This document shows positions 53,688-63,724 of a DNA stretch of 63,724 nt, in pieces (position 1 is the stretch's first letter; the number at the start of each line of letters is the position of its first letter). Location: the NCBI GenBank assembly GCA_010093815.1, contig ML996565.1. One strand, 5' to 3'. Below the pieces are notes generated by a model that saw only the letters and a program-made list of their open reading frames with translations, ran no database searches and was not told the DNA's origin. The DNA comes from Pseudovirgaria hyperparasitica (taxonomy: Eukaryota). Made by a program: the position numbers and the translations under genes.

Positions 53688-54118
53688 ATAACTATAATAC
53701 TATAGCCGTAGACTAATAGCTAGACTATAATACTAAAAGAGTGGGTATTTAGCCGTCTTATTAATTCTTAGTTCTTTATATTTTTATACGTATCTATGAA
53801 CTTTATTACTTAATATAAATAAGTACCTAGAATCGCCGATTCTAGACGCTTCTATAACCTTTAAATACCCTAAGATTTAATATACTATAAACGCTACTCT
53901 TATAGGTCTGTACGTTAGCGTATATAGAACGGTAAACCTTCTAGATATATTATCTAGAATAGTATATAACGAACTATATAATAGTCTTAACTTTAGTAGT
54001 ATAGGGTTAAGCTATAAGCGGACCGCTTATAAGTAAGCGTTATCCGATCTATTTCTACTAGGCTTATAGGAAACTATTTCTTAATGCTAGGCTTCCCTAA
54101 CCACCTATCATAGTAATA

Positions 54119-54743
54119 ATTATTATCGTTCCGTAGTAATAGTTATTATTATTATCGTGTATATTACCCCCCCTTCCCTAATAGGCCTTCGTAACTAGAC
54201 TTAACGCACGCTATTAGGTTATAGATTATATACCCTTTATAATTAACGATTTTAAAGAGAATCCGCCTATTTAACCTATTATAGGTTATTTATAGAGGAT
54301 AGTTTAATTCCTTAGTTAATAGCTCCCTTTATACCTATGCCCTTAGTACCGGGTAGATAACTACTATACTATGAATAAGCCCCGTCGTAGTAATAATAAT
54401 TACTACCGTAGTAGTAGTAATCCTTATCCCCTAATCTATTATTATCGTTCCGTAGTAATAGTTATTATTATTATTATATACATTACCCCCCCCCCTAATA
54501 GGCCTTTATAACTAGACTTAACGCACGCTATTAAATCGTGGATTATATAATCTTTATACTAACGATTTTAAAGAGAATCCGCCTATTTAATCTATTATAG
54601 GTTGTTTACGGAGGATAGTTTAATTCCTTAGTTAATAGCTCCCTTTATACCTATGCCCTTAGTACTAGGTAGATAACTACTATACTATAAATAAGCCCCG
54701 TCGTGGTGATAATAATTACTACTATAGTAGTAGTAATCCTTAT
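54119..54743. repeat. Tandem duplication, period ~319 bp (2 copies)
   Basis: TATTATCGTTCCGTAGTAATAG at 54121 and 54440, with colinear sequence through GTAGTAATCCTTAT. Confidence 0.9.
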
Positions 54744-55169
54744 TATCTTATAGTAGTAATCTTTATTATTACCTTATAGTAGTAATTATTATTATTTTAG
54801 ACTAGACGCGATATATATAATTGTATAGTAAGTTAGGTACTATTCTCTAGTCTATTATTACGGTTTATACGTTAACTTCTATCTATCTCTATACCTTCTT
54901 AGATATTAGATTTATAGTCGAGTATATAGAAGAGATAGTTTAGTCTACTAGTTAGTATATTATTTATACCCCTCTAGGACCGGTATATCCCTAGTTAATT
55001 AGATAGCTATATACTAGGTATTTACTTACTTATTAATAGGGCGTGAATAGACTATATATATATTATTAAATCCCTATTTATACTTATAAGATATAAATAG
55101 TATATAAATAGCTTAGTACTAAATTTAGAGTCTATACTAGTTAACTTTATATAGAATACTACTACTTTT

Positions 55170-55470
55170 TATATAAGATAAGCTATATATAGCTATTAGT
55201 AATAGCTATACTCTCTTAAAATTTTAGAATAATACCCTTTATAGAATTCTACTATAGATTTATTAAGAAAGATAAAGAATATTTCTTCTAGTTCTATCTA
55301 TAAGAGGTATTAAAGTTTAAATACTTTTAATTTAATAAGGTACTATCTCTATAGACTACTAGATTCTAGATAAAAGATAATCTATATATAGCTATTAATA
55401 ATAGCTATACTTATATAAAACTTTAGAATAATACTCTTCTTAGAATTCTACTATAGGTCTACTAAGAAAG
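55170..55470. repeat. Degenerate ~199-bp tandem repeat, interrupted by element D and resuming at 63592
   Basis: CTATATATAGCTATTA at 55183 and 55382. The sequence after 63591 continues the second unit (GAAAGATAAA..TACTATCT.TATAGACTACTAGA). Confidence 0.75.
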
Positions 55471-56197
55471 TGTAAGGATTATAGACGTAGGATAGTAGTC
55501 TAACAGGTCATAGGAGGATTCGGGAATATATTTAAAAGGGTAGTCTACTCTCCTAACGAGGTTGATTCCTAAAGAGTAGGAATTAAGTATGTGCGGCCTA
55601 CTTATATAGTGGTCTCGCTTATTCTAGCTAGCTTAACCTGGGTCCACCTGTTACGGACCGTACTGGACCATAGTGGTCTAGTTGAGTCCATCCTAGTGTT
55701 AGCCCTAATAATATCCTTCTTCTTTTTATGCTTCGCCCCGAAGTACTTAGCTACACGTAAATCCGTAATTCTAAAAGCGTCATGTTTATGCGCGCATCCA
55801 ATTGAATCTATGTAACGTTATTGATAGTCTTTGCATTAGTAAACTTAAGCTCTAGTTTACTTTTATTTATGTACGCGCTTATCCCTTACTTTATAGCTAC
55901 TACCTTAGAGGTAGCTCCGTGGGTTATATAACCGCCACATTAACTAAGCTTATATTTAGTTTTCTTATTCTGAATTTTCTTCTCTAGTACATCCACCTTA
56001 CTCTTAAGGTAAGTCGTTAATTTGTATACTATCTCCTTTAGTTTAGATCCGTTCGGGTCTAGAGTGGTCCATTTTCGTTAGAGCTAGTCCTATATAATCC
56101 ATTCGCGTTGTTGCGGTTACTAATTTAGCTTCTTCAATCGCCTTTAAGGCTGAACGAGTATTCTACTCTTAGATCTCTAGCTAACGTGTGTGTATAG

Positions 56198-57502
56198 ATG
56201 TCTAATACTAGTCCTATTCCTAAGCCTGCCTCCTCCTCTCGCAAGACCCGCTCTAAAGGGATTGCCTCTACCCCGGCCATACTAGCTAAAAAATCCACTT
56301 ATCGTAGTGGTATAAAGGCGCGCTCTAAGTTAGAGAAGAAGGTAGCTAAGGCTACTACTACTATTACTACTAACGTGGCCACTAGTCGCTCTAATCCAGG
56401 TGATCCTAGTACTGGTGTTGCGGAAGAGGTGGCTATAAAGCCTACCTACACCTACTCGCGCTACCTATCTACTCTACCTCCTTTGGAGGATGAAGAAGAT
56501 CTCGTCGTAGACGATAATCGAGAGTTCACGCCTTCGCCGCCTCGCTCTAAACGCCGTTCCTCTTTTTGGTCTAACATGGACCGACTTAGTCGCTCTAGGT
56601 TCTTTTAGGACCTTAATATTCGCTCTAAACCTAGCCCTAGTAATAATAAGGCCTAGGTCGCCGAAGATACTAAACGTGGTCGCGGTTTACGCTATAGGAA
56701 AACGGCGAACTACGGTTTAATATGCTTTAAGTGTATTAAGGCTCACGCTACCGGCTCTAAATATCTCTTCCGCTCTAACTCTAGTATTAGCTGCTGCTCT
56801 ACTAACCGCGACGGGCCTATGCGCCTAATCTTTAAGCTCCCTACCTACTGCCGCCGCTATACCGTCCTCGGTAAAGTTTATCTTTAGGTAAGTCTATTAG
56901 GCTGTTTTAGTCTAGGGTAATCTAAAGTCGTCCATGATAATGCGTTTTTAGGTTCCTATTTATATATAAGATGCATATAACGATCTTCGCGTCCGCGAGA
57001 CTCTCGGCGGTTCTAGCGGTTACCTAGCTTCTATGCGCAGGGAGTTTAGGGAGCGCTATAAGCTCTTCCTAGAGGTTATTAAAGTATAAGTTTAGAAACC
57101 GTTAATTGTCATTGACCTTAGCTTATAATTTTTAGTCGCCGCGAGATTCCTAGCGCTTAGGCTACCCATTCTAGGGAGTCGGTTTTAGCTACTAAGGCCG
57201 TAGAAGAGATTCGTGCTATTCCTTCCCGCCCACCTCGTGCTACTAACGGGTCTCGCAAGAGATCTACTAGTTCTCCTTCTAAGTTACCTCGTAAGAGGGT
57301 ATATATTCTATTCTAGATTATTCTAGACCGCGTTAGCTAACTTTGGGTCTAGTTGCTCCGCTCTAGCGCTTAGTCGTTATCTTACTAGACTCTAACCGAG
57401 CGCGTGGTTACTCTGGAGGATAAGGTCTCTAACCTCCGTCGCTCTATTACTCGGTTAGTTCATTCGCTGCGCTCTAAGAGTGATAATAAGATGGAGGAGT
57501 AG
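56198..57502 (+). pseudogene. Antisense accessory gene of element D (Ser/Lys/Arg-rich N-terminus, Cys-cluster motif)
   Basis: ORF MSNTSPIPKP.. continues through RIP-type stops to LICFKCIKAH..SCCS..YCRR[C]TVLGKV[C]L, followed by a GTAAGT donor. Confidence 0.65.
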
Positions 57503-57809
57503 CTCTGTAGCTCTGTTTGCTAGGGTTTCTATGTGGTGTGTGTTGGCTCTGTCTGCCTGGTTTCTATCCGTTTTGGTCCTTTTTGGACCGTTTAGATACC
57601 CGTCTACTAGTTTTCTAGTAATTTAATTCTTAACTTAATGATATTATATGCGTTCTTGTTTATTCTATGACTATTGAATTTTAGGTTCTGATTTCCTTTA
57701 AGTTACTTAAGTATGGGCATCGTATATAAATTGGTTTATCTCTCTAAATTATATTAGAGCACCCGAACCAGTGGCCTAGTAGTTATCGGTTCGGGTACTC
57801 TAACCTTTT

Positions 57810-60800
57810 GTATTATATATCACGAGTTCAATTCCGTAGTAGGGTACCTTTTTGGTTTCTTGGTCCCATGTTCTTCTCGTGTACAATGGTCCATGTTGGT
57901 CCATTCTGGACTTCTCCATGTTATTCTATTGTAATATGTCGCGTCGCGTGCCTATAATGGTTGTTTACGTTTTCTTCGCGTTTGGTAACCGTGCATCACT
58001 TAAATTGTGGGGCTGCCTTGCAGAGTTTTCCTAGTATACGTTTAGGATTCGTGATTCGACACTTCGTTTTCCACGGTATCCTTCTTCTTTTTACGACGGC
58101 CCCGACGGCGCTAGGTTTACGGTAGTAACGTATTATCCTATAACCTCTGTTTATATATAGCTATCGCGGTACTTAAGATATGCACCGTAGGTTCCTAGGT
58201 GTCCTTATCCTCGGTGTAGTTCTTCTAACGGATTCGATACTTTTAGACACCGTTCTCGTCGAGTCTATATTCGATAATATAGTCCACTTCGTACACGTCT
58301 AGTCTATCTTAGGGTATAATAGAGTGTAATTACACGTTTGTGCGTTTATACACGTTAGGTCGAAACCTTTCAAGCAATAAGACGTGGAATACGTTATGGA
58401 CTTTTATATCGTTTCCTAGGTCGAGCTCGTAGGCTCTTATACTAATGCGACGTTTGATTCGGAAGGGACTAGCCATTTTATAATCGAGCTTTTTGTTCAC
58501 TCGCGACGTTCGTATATTACGGACGTTAAGGAGGACTTCGTCTCCCTCCTCGTACGCTTGATCTTTAACTAACCTATTATAGTACTTTATATATAACTTA
58601 TTCGCTTGCTAGATTATTACGCGATAGTTGTGTACGGTTTCAAAGATTTTAATCGCTAGTTCCTACGTGTGGACGTTAACATCTATCGTTCGGTCGAACT
58701 AGACCGTGTAAGGTTTGAAACCTATCCTTAGACTACGTCCTAGGTTCGCCTAGAAGGGCGTAACACCTGTTATACTATAACGACTATTATTATACGCGAA
58801 TTCTACTATGCTTAGTAGAGAGGCCTAGTCGTCTTATTCAAAATTATAGAATACACGAAGGTAGGCCTCGAGCGTTTGGTTCTGTCGCTCTGTCTAACCA
58901 TCTGTTTATAGATAGAATACTATTGACATGTTTCTGTTCATGCCGGCCATTTCGCAGAATAACGTCTAGAATTTGGACGTGAATATACTCCCTCGGTCCG
59001 TAACGATCCTTTTTGGTACACTATGGACCTTAATAATCTTATTCTAGAATACTTATGCTAGTTCTTTTAATGTGATCGTCTTCCATATAGGGACGTACCT
59101 AGACATCTTTATAAGTCTATCCACGATAATAAGAATTGAATCATAACTTATTCTAAGCATCTCGCTTGGAGGCAAGTTAACTATGAAATCCATAGTAATA
59201 TCTTCCTATATAAAGAGGGGGACTGGTAGAGGCTGCAAGTTCCTATATGGCTTGTGCCTAGGTGCCTTTGTTCTTTGACAAATCGGACAAGTAGCTATCC
59301 ATTCTTCGATGTACTTAGGCATATCTTCCTAAAAATAGTACTAACGAATCGAGCTTAGGGTGCGTATATACCCGAAATGTCCTACTAGGTTAGCGTTATG
59401 GTATCGGCTAACTACGGTAAATCGTGCGTTGCCTGTCGGTATATAGTACTTTCTATTATAGTGGAGCAAGCCGTCTACAAAGGTCTACTTACAGTCTACT
59501 TCGGTCCGTAATAACCTATCTTACTATATTTTACGTAACTTCAAAACTATCGGGTCTGTCTTTTATAGATCCACGATTAACTAGGCGAGGTCTACTTAAC
59601 ATACACGCCGGGCACCATCGCCCTCCCTAACAGCGCCGATAAATGGCTCGCTAGGGACTTCGGTACCGCGTCTTTAGTCACCGGCTTCGGTCTTATAAAT
59701 TCGATTACCGGTATCGGCGTTAGCATCTCACTAATCGTCGGATAACTTATTATCTAACCTCGTCCTTAAGAGTTAGGCCTACAGCTACTCCAGGACCCTA
59801 TGGCCACTATGATCCTAGGCGCCTTCTTCATAGTTAGGTCTTCTTAACATCCCATTAGCTAGGTTTATACTTCTAGGTCGATGGTAGATTATAAAGTAGA
59901 AATTTACAAGCTACTTAGCCCATTAAACCTATTAACGATTTAAAACCATCGTGCTTATGAATCCCTTTAAGTTATGGTGATTAGTTAGTAACTTAACGTC
60001 ATGCATGGCACCTTTAAGATAATGTCGCCACTACTTAAACGACTCTACTATTGCTAGTAGCTCTTGGTTATGAATAGTGTATCTAGTCTCGACGTCGGCC
60101 ATCTTGCGCGAGAAGAACGTAACTAGATACCATTGGACCTTTTTAGACTCTGTTGGTCCAGGCTAGGAGAGTATACCCGAGATTGTAAATCCTAATACAT
60201 TAGTTTCGACGCGAATAGGTTTGGTCGGGTCGAAGTACACTAGTAATAGGGCGGTTAGGAATGCTTCTTTAATCTTCTCGAAGGATGTTCTTTCGACCTT
60301 AGTTAATTTAATAGGTTATAATTCGATATTGCGCTGTTTCTATCCACCACGGACCGTAATAGACGAGTCGGTGGTAGTAGTGCGCGCATTGAGTGGTGCG
60401 GCTAAACGGGAGAAGTGTTTGATAAATTTTTGGTAGTAGTTGGCGAAGCTAATGAAGACACGTATATCTCGAACGGATTTTGGTTTAGGCTAGTCTATAA
60501 TAGTAGTAACTCTATCTCTCTCTATGGTTATACCTTGATTAGTGATGACGAAGCTAAGAAAGTTAACATAGTCCTAATAGAACTAGCATTTGGATAGCTT
60601 AATGTATAGCTTATGCTTTTCTAGCCTATCTAGGACTGCACGTATATGCTGGATATGCTCCTCCTCGTTATCTAAGAAGATAAGGATGTTATCTAGGTAC
60701 ACGATACATGTCGTGTCGAGTAGGCCTGCTAGCGCGTTATTAATGTACGCTTAGAAGGTGCCTAGCGCGTTGGTTAGTCCAAAAGGGACCACGGTATACT

Positions 60801-63200
60801 TAAAGTGTCTATAACGGGTCCTAAAAGCCGTTTTCCATTCGTCGCCTTCCTTAATACGAAGGCGATGGTAGGCGTTATATAGATCGAGCTTGGTAAAGAT
60901 CTTTGCGCGCCCTAGTCTATCGATAGACTCAGAGATAAGAGGTAGTAGGTAACGATTCTTTCGCGTGATATTATTCAGGCTACGGTAGTCGATATACAGA
61001 CGGAGGCTCCTATTCTTCTTCTTTACAAAGAGGATTAGAGCTCCGGCTAGGGATATACTAGGCCTAATCCACCCTCGCGTAAGGTTCTTTTCGATGTATT
61101 CTCGAAGGGCTTATAACTTAGGTTCTAAAAGAGGGTAGATAGGTCTATATAGAGGTTGCTAGCCGTCTTCGAGATTAATAGCAAGGTCGGTAGATTAGTA
61201 TTAAGGTAGTTCGGAGGAATCGATCGCTAACGCGACATGTTAGTACATTTTATACCAATGTGGTAGGTTTTCGTCTACTTTAATATTAAGCTTACTATTT
61301 TACGTAAGTAAGAGCACGTAGATAGTAGAGATCGCCTTTTCGTAATCTTTCTGGAATTATTCGTCGTCGACAAGCTATACTAGTTCCTATTAAGATAGGT
61401 TCATACGCTAGCCAGCTATCTTCTTAAGGAAGTCTAGTTTTAGGTTATATTTCTTAAGCTACGGTATACCTAGGATCATGTCGAAGGGACTATCTACCAC
61501 GATAAAGGTTGAGTAGTAGAGTTTCCATTTCCCTCCGCTATCCTAGATGCCGTATTTAATGGTGCAGGTGCCGTGTAACTTAATAGGACCGTCGATGCCA
61601 TGGAATATAGCACTTATTAGAGCTTGGATATCGGCGTTAAGTTCTCGTGCTCGTTAGGTCGACATAACGTTAGTGGCCGACCTACTATCGAGTATTATAG
61701 TCTAATATTGTCCACGAGGGACCTCGATAGGTCTAGCCTATAGTTCGATATACTATTTAGAGGATTGCCCCTCTATTATGGTCGCGTCTATAAGTCGCGA
61801 GGGTTTCTCGTAGGCTATTAGTTTTTTATGTTCTATGCTAGGTAGTTAGGCGTGATGTGTCCTGGCTGCTGGCACTTATAGTATATAACTAGTTAGTTAG
61901 TTGTATTAGCACTCGGTGGCTTCCCCGAACGGTACTTAGGTACTATATAGCCTATTCTACCATAGGTATAGTAAGTGACTTTAGATCGTTTATGCGAGTC
62001 GGTCCTCGTATCTTAATGTGTTAATTGGTAGAGAGATCCACGATACGATCCGCGTGGTTTTGAATTCGAGACGTAGTAGTGGCCTCGTAACATCCCGCGA
62101 GATCTGTTACTAAATCGGTTTTGGTTGGACGATTTTACGTTAGATTGGATTATTAGGGATAGTCGTGCACTAGCGCGGCGTTAATTATTTATTATACGCT
62201 AGTGTCGCTCCGCGAGGTTTATAAGAGCTTAGAGGTCTATAGAGATTATTATTATAAGGTCGAGACGGTCCTTTATATTTAGGGCGAGGGACCGTTTAAA
62301 GTCGTCGTACTATCGAATTATATAATCTTCTTCGGCTTCTCTCTAGAGGGGCCGAAGGTATTTAAGGAGTTGTAACGGTGACTAATTATCTCGTTATCGA
62401 GTCTCGAAGATATGGCCCTAGGCCTAGTCGCGTCGTTTAGCCCTATCGCTAAAACATTAGAGGAGAAATTCGGTGAACGTGTCCTAGTTATAGGTATCCT
62501 TAGGATGTTCGATTTGGTATGCCATCTAACGTTCTAAAGGCGTCGGGTCGAGGTAGTTCTAGGCGAATCTAATTTTATCGCTGTCGTTCGTGAATAGATA
62601 GAAGAATCGGCTACATTAGTAAGCCTATACGTGGAAACTCTTTCTACTTTTACCATCGAAGTGAGGTGGTTTCTTAGGTCGGGGTAATTGGGATAGTAGT
62701 GGACTAGGATAGATCGTTTTAGTTGGTGTGGGTCCATATAAATGTAGATTGGTCGTTACTAGAACTAAAGCGCGTAATATAGCTTTAAGTCTCGTAGTGC
62801 GTCCTCGAGCTTCGTCGAGTTCGCGTAGTTATTACTCGAGTTAAACCTATTATTACCTCTCTTCGTGTAGTCTAGTATACACGTCGTCATAAGGTGTGGT
62901 TAACGTTAGGCGATTCTAATAGATTAACTCGTTAACGTCAATAAGGTCTGGCCTCGTGTTAAGGTTAGGTCTAGTATAGTTCGAACTAGACCGAGATGGA
63001 GTGTGATAGACTCCATCCTCGTGTTCTATAACATCTTCTATAGTTACACGGAATGTCGTACGAGTTATTAGTGCGATAGCCTATAAGGTATAGTTATCGG
63101 TAGGGGTAGTTGTAGGTAGACTATTCTCCTTATTTAGGTTAGGAGAAGGTCTACCATAAGAGGCGGTGCCACGAGTGTTATGATAAGTGGTTGGAGCCAT
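57810..63200 (-). pseudogene. gag-pol of element D
   Basis: ATG at 63200, CCHC knuckle [C]YKCQQPGHITPN[C] (~61845-61885), RT CIVYLD[N/D]IL (~60690), integrase and chromodomain (~58190-58300). The pol end is approximate. Confidence 0.88.
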
Positions 63201-63354
63201 TCCTATAAACTACCGTCGTGCTATATAAAGAGGAATCAAAATGTAAGGATTATAGACGTAGGATAGTAGTCTAACAGGTCATAGGAGGATTCGGGAATAT
63301 ATTTAAAAGGGTAGTCTACTCTCCTAACGAGGTTGATTCCTAAAGAGTAGGAAT

Positions 63355-63364
63355 NNNNNNNNNN
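63355..63364. other. Assembly gap (10 N) with a 95-bp overlap duplication
   Basis: 63260-63354 is repeated exactly from 63365. Confidence 0.95.
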
Positions 63365-63724
63365 AGGATAGTAGTCTAACAGGTCATAGGAGGATTCGGG
63401 AATATATTTAAAAGGGTAGTCTACTCTCCTAACGAGGTTGATTCCTAAAGAGTAGGAATCAAGTATATGCGGCCTACTTATATAGTAGTCTCGCTTATTC
63501 TAGCTGGCTTAACCTGGGTCCACCTGTCACGGACCGTACTGGACCATAGTGGTCTAGTTGAGTCCATCCTGGTGTCAGCCCTGACAGAAAGATAAAAGAT
63601 ATTTTCTCTCTCTCTATTAATAAAGAGATATTAATATTAAAAATAGTCTTATACTCTAATTTTAATAGAGTACTATCTATATAGACTACTAGAATCTCTA
63701 TAATAATATAAGCTATATATATAT

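Larger units (their letters stand above)
29950..53850 (+). mobile_element. Large RIP-decayed multigene element (putative giant DNA transposon; termini not identified), interrupted by TRIM 1 and element C
   Basis: Four co-oriented, intron-bearing, fully RIP'd genes (RIP implies the region was repeated) and a shared dispersed palindrome from 29990 to 53844. Confidence 0.55.
55471..63586 (-). mobile_element. Ty3/Gypsy chromovirus 'D', same family as A, less RIP-damaged (~8.0 kb)
   Basis: 240-bp LTR at 55471-55710 and its partner at 63242-63586 (inflated by a gap artefact), TSD GAAAG, and TG..CA termini. Colinear with A. Confidence 0.95.
6720..63724. other. AT-rich, RIP-mutated repeat block (nested transposon graveyard)
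   Basis: Abrupt loss of CpA/TpG and excess of TpA. Recognisable domains carry TGG/CAG>TAG, CAA>TAA and TGT>TAT changes. Paired LTRs differ almost only by transitions. Confidence 0.95.

Noticed and set aside
29990..53844. Palindromic repeats as a CRISPR array
   Set aside because: The DNA is eukaryotic, spacing is irregular (54 bp to several kb), and there are no spacers of uniform length or cas genes.
29950..53850. Starship element
   Set aside because: No DUF3435 captain or typical Starship accessory gene was recognised and no termini were found, although RIP could hide them.
55170..55470. 199-bp repeat as a decayed ankyrin-repeat gene (LYIAISNSY resembling LHxAxxxGH)
   Set aside because: The period is not a multiple of 3 and the rest of the unit does not fit the ankyrin consensus.
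15526..62737. Short ORF-track entries within the RIP block as functional genes
   Set aside because: They are stop-free fragments of decayed TE genes or antisense/LTR chance ORFs.
63260..63459. Apparent 95-bp duplication within the 5' LTR of D
   Set aside because: The copies are identical and flank a 10-N gap. Removing 105 bp gives exactly the 240-bp LTR, so this is a scaffolding artefact.

Overview
Filamentous-ascomycete genomic DNA. The first ~6.7 kb is ordinary gene space: the 3' part of ATG3 and an intact, secreted GH3 beta-glucosidase. About 30 bp after the glucosidase stop, an AT/TpA-rich block riddled with RIP-type C>T/G>A mutations begins and runs to the end of the window. It resolves into nested mobile elements with readable LTRs and TSDs. 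These are three self-priming chromoviruses (A 8432-27943, C 45853-53687, D 55471-63586), an 11.4-kb Ylt1-like Gypsy (B 15544-26982) inside A, and two copies of a 578-bp TRIM. C and TRIM 1 interrupt a large RIP-decayed multigene region (~29.9-54 kb) carrying a DUF3505/recombinase-like/RecQ helicase gene, a SNF2 ATPase gene and unknown genes. Highlights: (1) element B carries a ~977-codon extra ORF with a 2OG-Fe(II) dioxygenase signature between pol and the 3' LTR; (2) the helicase/SNF2 region holds at least 13 copies of a 17-bp palindrome (ancestral TGGAATCGNCGATTCCA) that I did not see in the retroelements; (3) the TRIM combines a 17-bp self-priming duplex with tRNA-like Pol III A/B boxes split across the LTR/internal junction; (4) the chromoviruses carry antisense Cys-rich accessory genes. 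Protein calls in the RIP block come from manual translation with mental reversal of RIP and need HMM confirmation.
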